From: Lytechinus pictus
Taxonomy: Eukaryota
Direction: 5' to 3'
Length of the DNA: 64,000 nucleotides
NCBI RefSeq assembly: GCF_037042905.1
Contig: NC_087245.1
Span: 744,001 to 808,000 of the forward strand
Part shown: positions 13,465-26,613 of the stretch, piece by piece
How positions within the stretch are numbered: the stretch's first letter is position 1
How the letters are laid out: each line of letters begins with the position of its first letter
Notes under the pieces: model-generated
Databases searched by the model: none
What the model was told of the DNA's origin: nothing
The model's input: only the letters and a program-made list of their open reading frames with translations
Program-made: the position numbers and the translations under genes

Positions 13465-13875
13465 GCATAATCGTTACTATCACTGGAGAGAGTAAGGCGT
13501 AACACCCCCCCCCCCCTGTTGTAGGCATAATCGTTACTATCACTGGAGAGAGTAAGGCGTAACACCCCCCCCCCCTGTTGTAGGCATAATCGTTACTATC
13601 ACTGGAGAGAGTAAGGCGTAACACCCCCCCCCCTGTTGTAGGCATACTCGTTACTATCACTGGAGAGAGTAAGGCGTAACACCCCCCCCCCCTGTTGTAG
13701 GCATAATCGATCGTTACTATCACTGGAGAGAGTAAGGCATAACACCCACCCCCCCTTGTAGGCATAATCATCACTGGAGAGAGGAAAGCATAACCCCCCC
13801 CCCCCCTGTTGTATAGGCATAATCATCACTGGAGAGAGTAAGGCGTAACACCCCCCCCCCCTGTTGTAGGCATAA
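13465..13875. repeat. Same ~60-bp minisatellite, right part (~7 units)
   Basis: Same unit and orientation as 7266-8417. Confidence 0.95.
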
Positions 13876-14986
13876 AAAGTGTTAAACAAATCATACAGTT
13901 ACAAGCAGCAGCTCTCCAAATGCGCTCCTAATTAAGGTTGGAAAGATTTCACTATAAAGAAGAGATGATCCTGCAATATAATTGTAATGAGCTGATGTGA
14001 TTTTTGCCATTGATCATTTTGGAACTTGTTTGAATCATCTTGGATAAATCATTCAGGAGATATAGATTCTTTTTCTGTTTGATGATCAAGTAATTTGGAT
14101 TTGAACATGACTGGCAGCAAAGCATAAAAAGTGAAACCAACACAAGCAGGGAAATTCCTCCCCTTGTCTGGAGGAGCAACCCAGCAGAAAGAAGCACCAT
14201 CACCTCGACGCCCATTTGTGGTTGACAAGGACGTTGACCACAGGAAATGGCATCTGCAGCTCCAATTCGAGAAGGGGGCATGTTTATTGACTTTGACATT
14301 AATAAACATATTCGTGACTTGGCAGGAGGTGATAAGGAAAAAATAAGGACTTTGGTGGAAAGTAGTAGTAGTACATCATGTCTTTATTAAAGATCAAGAA
14401 TAACAAGAACCAGGCCCGGCAACCTATTAGGTTGGCCGGCAGGTTAAATTTACATTATTACATGATGCATAAATCAGAGTACATTATACATTATAATCAA
14501 ACTACATTATCATATTACTGTTCGATACAGTAATATAACGATTATAACATTAAATATTTGAAATACATTACAAATAAATTCAAACAACGATGGATGCATT
14601 CACATGGTACACAGTAAGATAGAGAGATTTTATAGACACCCAGAAATAGAGGGAAAGAAGAAGTGAGAGAGGGGAAGAGTGAAAGAAACGAAAAAGCATA
14701 TTAGATAGATAGGATCGAGGAAGAGAGAATGGATTAATACATTATGATACAGTTCAATACAATAATATACAACAATGCTATGGAATAGTCAAAACGAGCA
14801 GTAGGGTGGAAAGAGAGATATAAGATAATATAGAGAGGGGAGGGAGGGGGAGAAATATAAGAAAAAGCGGTAAAGGTAAAGAGAGGAGAGATCGAAATAA
14901 CATATCACTTACTGATCAATACAATATACAACATTGTCATGAAATTGCAAAAATATGTGGATGCAGATCCAAACGGTCGTAACAAT

Positions 14987-16919
14987 TGGGACCTTTCGCA
15001 ATCCTCACGGACGCTAATATTAGGGTCCCCTAACACAAAAGTTAACGCTTAATCATACACTTGATTTTTAAGATTGATTGTACATTATAGTCAATAGAAT
15101 CAAACGTAGAATACTGCTCTGCAATCAATGCTAAGCTTTGTGTTACAGGGGGATACAGGCCCTACAGATCTGATTTTCGTGTTCAAAATCCTTTCCCGCG
15201 ACACCCGCACCATACATACATGTATATTACGACTAAAGGCTGGAGATATTCGAAATGCAGGACCTAAATAGATTATGACATGGATAAGAAAGTGGTTTTT
15301 CAAACAAATCGAGTACATATTGAGTGAGGAAAAACTTACTGAATGAAGGCTTAGATATAGATCATTGCAGTCCATCGAATCGATATTGCATTCAATGTGG
15401 ATTATTGGTGGATCACTGGCAATTGATTTCATGGGTCAGATCATGGACCTATGAAGAGATGGACATTCATCGCTTACCTAATGAATTCACTAACAGGTGA
15501 CTGTAATTGTCCTCTGAATAACATTCTCTTCATACTAGTCTTCTTTGGTTCAATGATCGTCACCGTGAGAAGGGACGGAAGCAGTTCGTGACTGGACATT
15601 TATATTTCACAAATTATATGCGCAATAGACAACAAATCACTTAAATCATGGAAAATCGATGTGCAGTTCTTTTTTACCTTTGGTAATCTTAGTTCCATAT
15701 GTTTTATTTGGGAGAAATGTCTGCATATTTTAATATAGAGGCAATATTGTGATTGATTGTTCACCATTTGAAATTTAATTTTCCCAAGTTTCTCCATAAT
15801 ATTCCAGATATACGTGGTACATAACATATATAGATCGTGTATCTCTCAATGTTATTGAGGTCCTTATGTGTGAGCGGTAGTTAGCGGATCTATGATATCA
15901 TATTTTATATCATAAAGATCGTCTGCTTCTCAAGTTTGCCGCTCCAAATATGAAGCATGTTGACTGAAAGGCTCATGCTAAAACAGGGTATCAGCCAACA
16001 AAAATCAAGACCGGGTAACTGTTCCGTCTTTTGGTAATCAGATACGCCTTGGTAGTCATGGTAATTGCTATTGTTACAACACCTGTATGTTCTCATTAAG
16101 ATGTGCATAACCAAGCGACGGTGACTATCATTGGACCAAAGAAATGCTCGCGTTGATAGTCCATCTCTTCATAGGTCCATGGTCAGATCAACCTCTCTCG
16201 CCGAAACCATTTCTGTACACAGCATATGCAATACGTTTCTTTTGTTCTATTGTTTACTCCTTTTACAAACAATAGATATGCCTCTAGCACACGATGTAAT
16301 GGGCATTATGTTTACTTTCCCCAGAAATGGGGGATTAGATTCAAATTCCGGGGGGACCACTTCCATTGATGAGTGGATACCAGGCACGACCATGGGGTTT
16401 CGAAAAGTACCCTAAACAAGGGAAGCAAGTCTTTTCCAGATTATGAAAATGCATCTCTTAACAAATATTTGGCTTGTGAAACCCTACAAGTATTGGATAT
16501 ATATCCCTTTTTCAGCATTTTAAACATCGTTTTGACACCCTTAAACGTTACATAGGCCTATACGTAACGTACTTGCCCACTCTGTCCCCTTTTACGCGTG
16601 GTCGCTCCTGGTATCCACTAATCAATGGAAGTGGGCCCCCGGGCGGCCTATCGAGCTCTAGGAGGAGTCAAATGTGGCTTTGGAATGTCGTCCTCAATCG
16701 GATATATCGCTGTTACCATAGTAGCAACCAGAATTTTGCACACGAAACGCATATTTAATGTTTCCGTCGCAGATGCGAAACGAAAAAAAAACAACTAATG
16801 TCACACAATTTGCATTGCAGGACAGAGTTTTACGACCATGATAACGGGCCCAAAAAGTCTCTTCCAAAATCAACTACCGTTGTAAATAAGCGTGCGCGTC
16901 CTCAAACGAAAGGTCGGGA
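14987..16919 (+). mobile_element. Non-autonomous ISL2EU/Harbinger-like element, copy 1
   Basis: GACCTTTCG...CGAAAGGTC terminal inverted repeats, flanked by AT; homologous to 17283-18492 and 37006-38507. Confidence 0.75.
15442..16181. mobile_element. P-element-like non-autonomous element
   Basis: 23-bp perfect TIR CATGGACCTATGAAGAGATGGAC; 7-bp TSD GTCAGAT; empty site visible in copy 2 at ~17717-17723. Confidence 0.8.
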
Positions 16920-17282
16920 ATAAAGATTCAAACACGTGGCACTAGGGAGGTAGCATAAGGAGAAAGCGGGAGGGAGAGAGAGAGAGAGACTGAGTTTGGG
17001 TAGAAGTGACGGGGAGGTAGAAAATGGAACAATACTACCGTAACTTGTATACGAACATGATGGTACGTTGGGTTGAATGACAGATTTAAATATGCGTTAC
17101 TATAATCAGATTGGTAAATTATCTGCTAAGGAACAGTAAATTTATTTAACTTTAACTTATATAAAAAAACTATTATACTTTTATGTATTGGTCAATCTGC
17201 CATGTTGGCTCACGCCTGTCTTGAAATATTACGTAAGAATTAAAGAGAACAGTCTGAACTATTTGGTCCCTAAAATCTGAAT

Positions 17283-18492
17283 TGGGACCTTTCGCAAACC
17301 TCACGGACGCTAATATTAGGGTCCTCTAACACAAAAGTTGACGCTTAATCATACACTTGATTTTTAGGATTGATTGTACATTATAGTCAATTGGATCAAA
17401 CGTAGAAAACTGCTCTACAATCAATGCTAAGATTTGTGTTACAGGGGGTTTACAGGCCATACAGATCTGCTTTTCGTGTGCAAATTCTTTCCCGCGACAC
17501 CCGCACCATACATGCATGTATTACGACTGATAGTCATCATCGTATAGATTATGACATATGGATAAGAAAGTGGTTTTTCAAACTAATCGAGTACATATTG
17601 AGTGAGGAAAAAGTTACTGAATTGAGGCTTAGATAATTATAGATCATTACAGTCCATCGAATCGATATTGCATTTAATGTGGATTATTGGTGGATCACTG
17701 GCAATTGATTCCATGGGTCAGATCACCTCTCCAGCCGAAACATTTCGCATGCGTTGATATGTACACAGCATGCAGTAGGCCAAATTCGTCTGAACTTCAG
17801 TCGATTTTGCGTTTTTTTTTTTTTTTTACTCCTACACAAACGATATGCCTCTAGCACACAATGTAATGGGCATTACGTTTTACTTTCCCCATAAATGGGA
17901 ATTAGATTCAAATTCCCGGGGGGACCACTTCCATTGATAAGTGGATACCAGGCGCGACCATGGGGTTTCGAAAATCACCCTAAACAAGGGAAGCAAGTCT
18001 TTTCCAGATTATGAAAATGCATCTCTTAACAAGTATTTAGCTTGTAAAACCCTACAAGTATTGGAAATATATCCCCCTTTTCAGTATTTTAAACATCGTT
18101 TTTGACACCCTTATAACGTTACATAGGCCTATACGTAACGTACCTGCCCACTCTTTCCCTTTTTACGCGAGGTCGCGCCTGGTATCCACTCTTCAATGGA
18201 AGTGGGCCCCCCGGGCGGCCTCTCGAGCTCTGGGCGGAATCAAATGTGGCTCTGGAAAGTCGTCCTAAATCGGATATATTGCTGTTACCATAGTAGCAAC
18301 CAGAATTTTGCACACGGAACGCAGATTGAATGTTTCCGTTCCAGATGCGAAACGGAAAAAAAATCTCATGTCACACAATTTGCATTGCAGGACAGACTGA
18401 GTTTTACGACCATGACGACGGGCCCAAAAGTCTCTTCCAAAATCAACTACCGTTGTAAATAAGCGTTTGCGTTCTCGAACGAAAGGTCGGGA
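17283..18492 (+). mobile_element. Non-autonomous ISL2EU-like element, copy 2
   Basis: Removing it plus one AT restores the HERO ORF (..DRYSDFRD..), showing a 2-bp AT TSD. Confidence 0.8.
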
Positions 18493-20329
18493 ATATCTGT
18501 CTGAGTGGGTACTGAGCTTGAGTATTTCTTTCATTCGATATTTATTTTGGGGGGTTATCAGACCACGTGAACCAATTTCAATGCATATGAGATTGCTCTT
18601 TCAACCTGTTGCCGTGATGTCGTGTACGAGTCCTGCGTATCTGTCTTGTTTACGTTGATGTGCATTTTCAATATTTGTTTCGAATGGTACAGTAAGTTCG
18701 ATGATGGTGATGGTTTTATTATTGTTGTCAATGTAGCAAATATCTGGTTTTTGTTGGGTTGGTATTATGTGTGGTGGGATGGTGCCCCCGTTGATACTTT
18801 CCCCTTCGATGTCTGCATAAACTCTGTTGGTATTGTTTGTGGTGGGTTTTATGTTTTTTAGTATGATGTGTATTATGTTGTTATGGCGCCAGGTATATTG
18901 GTCGAGCATCTTTTCGCAATTATTGAGAACATGGTGTAAAGTATAGAGTTACAAAGATTACATTTGTCTGAGATTCTTTTCCCCCAACGGTACAGGTTTT
19001 TGTTTGTAGGGAGACTGGCAATTGCTGCATTAACCATAAATTTCATAACACCCTGTGGTATATACATTATAGATAATCGATTTCCATGTCACATCGGTAT
19101 TTTCCATATGAACAACCTTCATGAATTCTCCCTGTACCAGAAGTGGTTCGATCAACTTTATCCACTTTTCTCTACAGTCTTCTCTAATTGATTTTTTTAT
19201 ATGAGTCTTTGCCTGGTTCCAATTCAAAGAGTCCGGTACTTTAAGGTGAGTTTCATGTGCATCTACCGTGAAGGACATTTGTCTTGACCATTCACTTTCC
19301 CTCTCTAGTCTGCGGTCGAGGACGTGGTTGATGACGATCTCATCACCTTTCATCCTGGATCAGCTATAAGCCAGGCAATGGCATATTCGGTAGAGGTCGG
19401 AAATGGTAGGTATGTTCAGACCATCAGGATCGTGTAACACAGCTATATTTGCACCGCGATGAGGTATTCCGAACCATAATTTAAGATACCTATGTAATAT
19501 TACATCGAGCGATTTTAGCCCTTAGCTGCGTGGCATTAATGTCATGAACAGTAAGCATATACCGAAGTGAAGGGAGTGCATATCTGGTAAGTATACAAAC
19601 TTTGTATTCGTTTCTGATATTACTGTTGCTAATGTTTTCAAGCATAACTTCTAGATTTTCCTTCAGATAATCGTAGACTTCAGAAGCTTTCATCGAGAAT
19701 GTAATAAGCGAACCCAGGAATTTAACTCGTTTGCCATGGACCGATGAAAGTTGACAATGTTTGGTTTACCGCTTGTTAGGGAAAGAGACGAACACTTTCT
19801 GGGCTTCAGTGTCAACCCCATACTTTCCAATCGTTCGTTATGAGCTTTTGATGTTGTAGCTTGTTTCCGGTTATTAAGTTAAAGTCATCCGCGTATGGTG
19901 TTGTTATAATTCTTCTGTCCCCCCATGCGTATCCGAACTGATTCTGCTGTTCCGTGAGGTACTCCAAAATAGGGTTGAAGCATATAAGGAAGATTGTGGG
20001 CGAGAGGGGATCCCCCTGGAAAACCCCGCGCCTGAAAACAAAAAGATTTGTTTGCCATCCGGGACGCGCGTTTCCGTTTTACACCCTGGCGAAGGCATTT
20101 TCCGGAAAAATAGCCACAAAGCGACTAGTGAAGAGTCTACGTCTACGTTTGTTTACATAATCATCCATAAGTCCGCACCGAAGATATTGGTTGTTCCGCT
20201 GAACTACGTTGGCTCCATTATTATTTTTTTTTTACTTTATCGCACATGATCGTTTATATGAATGAAAACGAATAATAGCAAAAATATTGAAAAATAAAAC
20301 ACATAATTACCCTTTTTTCTTCATATTAT

Positions 20330-21070
20330 ATCTATCCTTATATCTATCATATCTGTCTGTCTATCCACTATCTATGTTATAAATCAATCTATGGAACTAC
20401 ATGATATATCTATCTGTCAATTTGTCTATCTACTCTGTCTCTCTCATTCTCTATCTACCTATATATCTGTCTATCTATCTATCTATCTATCTATCTATCC
20501 ATCTAACATCTATCTCTCAAATTCTCTATCTATCCATCTGTCTCTCTTTTATTTCTCTCTATCCATCTATTAATCTATTCATGTGCAATATCAACACTGC
20601 TTCGACTTCCTTCGGGAGTCTATTTCATCAGCTCTACTTTTCCCTTTTTTGTGCTCGATTCGATTCAATTACTACTTTATTTACTTGTTACCATTGTTAA
20701 ATGTCTTGTATTGCATAATGAGTTTTTTTCTGAAGGTTGCCTCCTCGGTGCCTCCTATTCTCTTTCAAAGTCCACCTCTTGCTTTCCCTTCTCTTTGTCT
20801 TATCCCAATTTCTTTCCCTTCTCTCACCTCTTTCCTCTTCTCTCTCTCCTCTTTCTTCTTAATCTTTCATTCCGCATTTTTCTTCTTTGGTGACACTCTG
20901 TAGTACTTTGGCCTTTTGTATTTATTTATGATACATTTCTTTTGTATTGTATTTGATATTTATTTATAATGTTTACTTTATATTTTGTTATGATTTTATT
21001 TGTATGTAAACATTCACTTATTTCAGTCTTTGACTGCTTGTGATTGTATTTTGATAGTTTTTATTGCAAT

Positions 21071-21103
<33 letters not shown>

Positions 21104-21470
21104 GTCTTAAATTCTCTCTATCCATCTGTCTGTCTTTTTCTCTCTATCCGTCTATTTATCTCTCGAATTCTCTCTATCCATCTGTCTGTCTGTCTCTCAA
21201 ATTCTCTCTCTCTCTATATCTATCTATCCATCTGTCTGTCTTTTTCTGTCACTCCGTCTATATATATATCTCTCTCTATCTAACTACAGTATCTATCTAT
21301 CTGTTAATCTTCTCTGTCTCATTCTTTATCTATCTAACATCTATCTATCTCTCAAATTATCTCTCTCTCTCTATCTATCTATCTACCCATCTGTCTTTCT
21401 CTAGTTCTCTCTCTCTCTCTATGAATCTATCTATCTATCTTCTATATATCTATCTATCTATCTATCTATA

Positions 21471-21521
<51 letters not shown>

Positions 21522-21627
21522 ATGTAACTGCAGTATCTATCTATCTGTTAATTTGTCGCTCTTCTCTGTCTCTCTCATTCTTTATCTATCTAACATCTAT
21601 CTATCTCTCAAATTCTCTATATCTCTC

Positions 21628-21669
<42 letters not shown>

Positions 21670-21713
21670 CATCTGTCTGTCTGTCTTTCTCTCTCTATAT
21701 CTATCTATCTATA

Positions 21714-21756
<43 letters not shown>

Positions 21757-22223
21757 GTAACTACAGTATCTATCTATCTGTTAATTTGTCGCTCTTCTCT
21801 GTCTCTCTCATTCTTTATCTATCTATCTACACAGCAAAAACTGTGGTGTTAACCGGTGTACATAGAGAACCACACAAGTTATTTTACACCGGTGTTAAAT
21901 TGGTGGTGTTAGTTTTACACCTATAGGTGTTATTACAACCATCTTCGGTGTTATGTTCAATCTCTATGGTGTTATTTTAACACCTCAGGGTGTTGTCCTC
22001 TATTAACACCAATTGGTGTCAGTTTTAACACCACAGTTTTTACAGTGTATCTATATATCTATCTAACATCTATCTATCTTTCGAATTCTCTATCTCTCTT
22101 TCCCTCTATCTATCTATCCATCTGTCTGTCTTTTTTTTCTCTTTCTCTATTTCTCCTTTTCCGTCCATATATATATATCTATCTATTAATAACATCTCTC
22201 CATCTCTCAAGTTCTCTCCCCCC

Positions 22224-22288
<65 letters not shown>

Positions 22289-22400
22289 ATATCTATCTAT
22301 CTATCTATCTATCTATTTATCTATCTATCTATCCATCTCTCTGTCTTTCTCTCTATTTATATCTATCTATCTATGTCTCTATCTATTTATCAGTCTTCTA
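20330..22400. repeat. Complex (TCTA)n/(TC)n microsatellite
   Basis: Direct inspection; source of the spurious IYLS-repeat ORFs. Confidence 0.95.
21829..22047. mobile_element. MITE with CAC..GTG termini in TA context
   Basis: TA-CACAGCAAAAACTGTGGTGTTAA / TTAACACCACAGTTTTTACAGTG-TA inverted ends. Confidence 0.65.
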
Positions 22401-24893
22401 TATCTATCGTTCAGCATCTAAGTGTATCAATCCATCAAAATTCAATTTTCTTTCTATTATATGTATCTGTTTATTTGTATTTTGTCTGTCATTCTATTCA
22501 TTTAGTTAATAATTTATTTTTAGAAAATTACATGAAGTGCCGAGGAACTCTATGCTCTAATCATAGAGCTATTAATAGCTCCATGCTCTAATCAGTAACT
22601 GTGTAGATTGCATGCGGTGGTGTGGGACTCGCCTGTGTCGCACGCTGAAACCAGCGACGTGTGTAGACTCTTCACTAGTCGCTTTGTGGCTATTTTTGCG
22701 GAAAATGCCTTCGCCAGGGTGTAAAACGGAAACGCGCATCCGGGACCTCGTACGCTGCCGTTGAGCCGTGAGTATAGCGTTGCTATGTATCTTGCAACTG
22801 GCGTGGGCATTACGTAACGCTCTATTGAAGATGCAATCAGCTGGTGGCTTACGCTGCCAAAAGCGTCTGCCAAATCGAAAAATGTAACATGGAGCGATCT
22901 TTTCTTACATTTTGCGTCCCTTAGTATTTCATGAAGAACAATATTATGTTCGATGCATCCGTTTACCCCGTCGATAAGGGCTTTCTGAATTGTTTTGTCG
23001 ATTAGATTATTTTCGGTGAGATAGGACGTTGTTCTTTCGGCAATAATCTGATGGAATATTTTGCTGATACACGAGGTTAACGAAATCATACGAAAATTTT
23101 CTGGCTTACTAGTATCCCCAGACTTGTGGATAAGTGTTACCTACACGCTAAAATTTCCTTAACCCCGTACTATAGGTGGGGCTAAATTGCCATTTAGCCC
23201 CACCTATAGTACGGGGTTAAGCTTAGCCCACTTTCTTTTTACACAGCATTTTTGCAAAGTGGGCTAACCCCACCTATAGTACGGGATTATTTGGCCCTGC
23301 AAAAAAGCAGGGTTATCCCAGCAATTGCGGTGCTAAGAGCGATAGTACGGGGTTAAGATCGCTAGTGTAAAACGAAAGTGGGCTAAGCTTAACCCCGTAC
23401 TATAGGTGGGGCTAAATGGCAATTTAGCCCCACCTATAGTACGGGGTTAAAGTATACACACAAAGAAAATTCACGAAAGTGATGATTATAGACAAATTAT
23501 ATATGAATGGAAAGGTCTTGTCTTTTTATACACAAATATGTCACTAAAAAGTCTTATCGATGTCGTGGAAATGCAAGAAATGAAATTATTAGAGACCATT
23601 CTAAGCCCCCCAGCCGCCCCCCAGACCGACAGTTCACGCAGTGAAAACAGTCGAGAATAATGACGTCACACAATAATCGAGCTCATCATCCCTCTGTGCA
23701 TAATACACTGAATCACCTTACTGACCTCTTCAATATCTTCCGAATTTACCGTTTTCTTCATGTAATGTGACATCCGAATTCTGTTTTCGACAACTTCAGA
23801 CTATAAGGGAACCAGAACTGTGTTATTTTGCCCGTTTTTTTATTGAATTGTGAACTGGAAAGATCGATTTTGTCCACTCGACAGTCTTCGTTGTGTTGCT
23901 CTACTAACTATTGAAAAACTCCAAGCTGCACGGTCCCATTCACTTGCTCCCGATGCATGTTGCAGGCTACGCTGTTTGATCCAGTCAAAAGTCAAGGTAA
24001 GCATGTTTGGAAACTGTACTTGTTCTGACGATGCATTCAGGTCAGATGACAGATACAGATCTGATATAAGTTTAGAATCATGCATTTTGGCATAACTACT
24101 ATTAAAATTAAAAAGTTTTTATTTAATTTTTAGAAATAATGTTTTTGTACAATTCCACCCAAGGCAAGGGTTCATTACATGCCGCCACGCACAGAAAAAT
24201 CAAGCCATAGAAGTCGTGTGTTGTGGACCCAAGAAGTGAGATCCCAGACGCCTCCAGGCTAAGCACGCGCGACCCACTAGTTAGAAATCCACTGCCAAAC
24301 GCGGTTCGTGGTGCGGGGTTAGTATACTTAATACGTGTGAGTGGCACAATTCCAGCAGATTTTTTCTTCAGATTTCTAAAACTGGTCAGGACTCAGGCAG
24401 GCAATTAAATTATTTAGGAGCACTGAGTGGTATGGACCATGGCTGAAAATCTGCTGTTTCAGAGGAATGTTTAAGTTTTTATTATACACAGAATTATATC
24501 ACCATGATGCCGATGTCATGAAGCCAGACAAATTTTCAGCAGTGATTACCCTGATTCCTGGCCAAAATCACTCACACGTATTGCGAGGTTAGTATTAGTA
24601 TACTACTAGTACGTATTGCGAGGTTAGTATTAGTATACTAACCACGAACCGCGTTTGGCAGTGGATTTCTAACTAGTGGGTCGCGCGTGCTGGGATCTCA
24701 CTTCTTGGGTCCACGACTTCTATTGCTTGAATTTTCTGTGCGCGGCGGCATGTAATGAACCCTTGGGTGGGCCAAAATTAGAGTCTGGTGTTTCTTTCTG
24801 ATTAGAGTGTTGCTGCATATATGTATGCGTAATGCCTTCAACAATGAAGATAAATGCAATCTTTGTAATGACACAGAGACTCAGAGAGCACCG

Positions 24894-25050
24894 TACCTCA
24901 AGTGATGTTCGTGTAGTCTCCACTTCACTACTGGAGTACTGCTACAGCCTACACTACGCTACACACTTACCCGGGTAGGTGTGGCGTACATGTACGGTAG
25001 TGTAGCGGTAGTGAAGTGGAGTGGGGCCTACACAAACATCACTTGAGGTA
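24894..25050. mobile_element. hAT-like MITE (157 bp hairpin)
   Basis: TIR TACCTCAAGTGATGTT; 8-bp TSD GAGCACCG/GAGCACCA. Confidence 0.7.
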
Positions 25051-26532
25051 GAGCACCAGTGTTCTGAGTGGAACATTTCAGGTGTCTAAACCTACTATCA
25101 TTTGTTGTTGACCGGGAATTACATGCCACCGCACGTCATCAATCATCACGATAATTAAATTCATACTTTGATTTGATTATTTAAACTATTTCTTTTTTTC
25201 TCTCTTCTACACACAGATCTGCACAATTGCTAACTCTGGTGACTTCTGGTCTCTGCTTGCTACCTCAATCTGGGAGATTCCATCATGTCCTTTTACTATG
25301 ATTTGGATATAGCCATTTTTTTCTTCACTCTTTCCAGGACCTACGGTTTGCAAGTTGTGGAATGATAATGATACAAAAGAAAAAATTTCTTTATCAATCT
25401 TGGAAACAATTTTGAGCACAGTTTTGGAGAGAACTAAGAAATTTTACTCGGACAGGAATACAGCTTGTCAAAAATAATAACACACAATTTAAAACGAAAG
25501 AACAATTTTAATGTTACTAGGGCATTTTGCGAGAAATGTTATACTCAATCACACGTCCCAAATCAAGGGAAAGTCCTTTGATTAAACATGTAGTTGAATT
25601 GCGATTGCAACTCGACCTTATTACGCTTGAATTTGAATTTAAGACTTACGCTTGATTTGCAATTGAACATAAGTTTCTTGCAGTGCCCCATAATTATGTT
25701 TTGTTATCAGATATTTAACGTGCTGATTTTTCTCGAAAGGTATAATATATTTGTCCTTTTAAACGGTATTTGAATATGGGTACGCCTTTTATTTGTTTTC
25801 CACAATATTTATTGCATGTATGAACAGAAGTGAAATATTTATTGTGAAGCACTGTGAATGTTGTGTGATGGTTCATCATCAGACTGAAAGCCTGGTGGAT
25901 GTGAGGAAGTGGCCTGGATGAAAGAAAAGTGAACATGTGTCCAATTACTGATTTGCATATTCTAAGACAATTTTGTTTCTGGATAAATTTTGCTATGCAT
26001 TCCCTACATTAAGAGTAAAGGAGAAGTCCACGCAATCAAAAATTCATTTGAATTTAAAGAAAAATAACAAGATATATGCAGGAAATTTCATAAAAACTTT
26101 GATTCAAATTTATATAATTACTATTTTAACAGTTCCGTAAATATAACCTATTGTGATCAGATGAAGAGTTTCCTATCGTCAAATCTGCAAAGAATAAAAA
26201 ACAAAATGCCACAAAAAATAGAAACGAATGTGATGTGAGTGACAACTCTAATTTGCATATCATTGTTTTGTGTATATGACTGTTTTGAGTAAAAACAACA
26301 AGGGAAATCACTCTATTCAAATAATTTTTAGTTGATGTGGACTTGACTTTTAACTCTACCCCTCCCATCCCAAATAAGAGTAGAAATAATCTAATCAAGA
26401 ACTTGAAAATCAAAAGCAGCAATTAAGAAGCAAGATTTGATAAAAACAGGTCTGAATAGAATTTCACAAGAAAATAAAAAGAGAAAAAAAAGATTGGTAG
26501 GGACGGGGAAGGAATAAAAAAAAAATACCCAG

Positions 26533-26613
26533 AAAAAAAAAATCCGAGTTTCGAACCAGGGTCCTCGCACATGACAAAACAATGGCCAACGCATTTGGCC
26601 ACAGACCATCGCC
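26533..26613 (-). pseudogene. Degenerate tRNA-like / Pol III unit
   Basis: Minus strand has a B-box GGTTCGAAAC, a possible GTC anticodon loop and a poly-T run; the cloverleaf pairs poorly. Confidence 0.4.

Larger units (their letters stand above)
20066..22737. mobile_element. MULE-like non-autonomous element filled with (TCTA)n microsatellite
   Basis: ~75-bp near-perfect TIR GCGCGTTTCCGTTTTACACCCTGGCGAAGG...; 9-bp TSD ATCCGGGAC (20057-65, 22738-46) inside the HERO RT. Confidence 0.88.

Noticed and set aside
13952..14346. Overlapping ORFs of 71-115 aa
   Set aside because: No recognisable motif or splice structure; possibly a decayed element but unsupported
20391..22591. IYLS-repeat ORFs
   Set aside because: Translations of the (TCTA)n microsatellite
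25217..25480. Exon-like segment after a strong acceptor inside the Kolobok-like element
   Set aside because: No sustained open frame or recognisable protein motif
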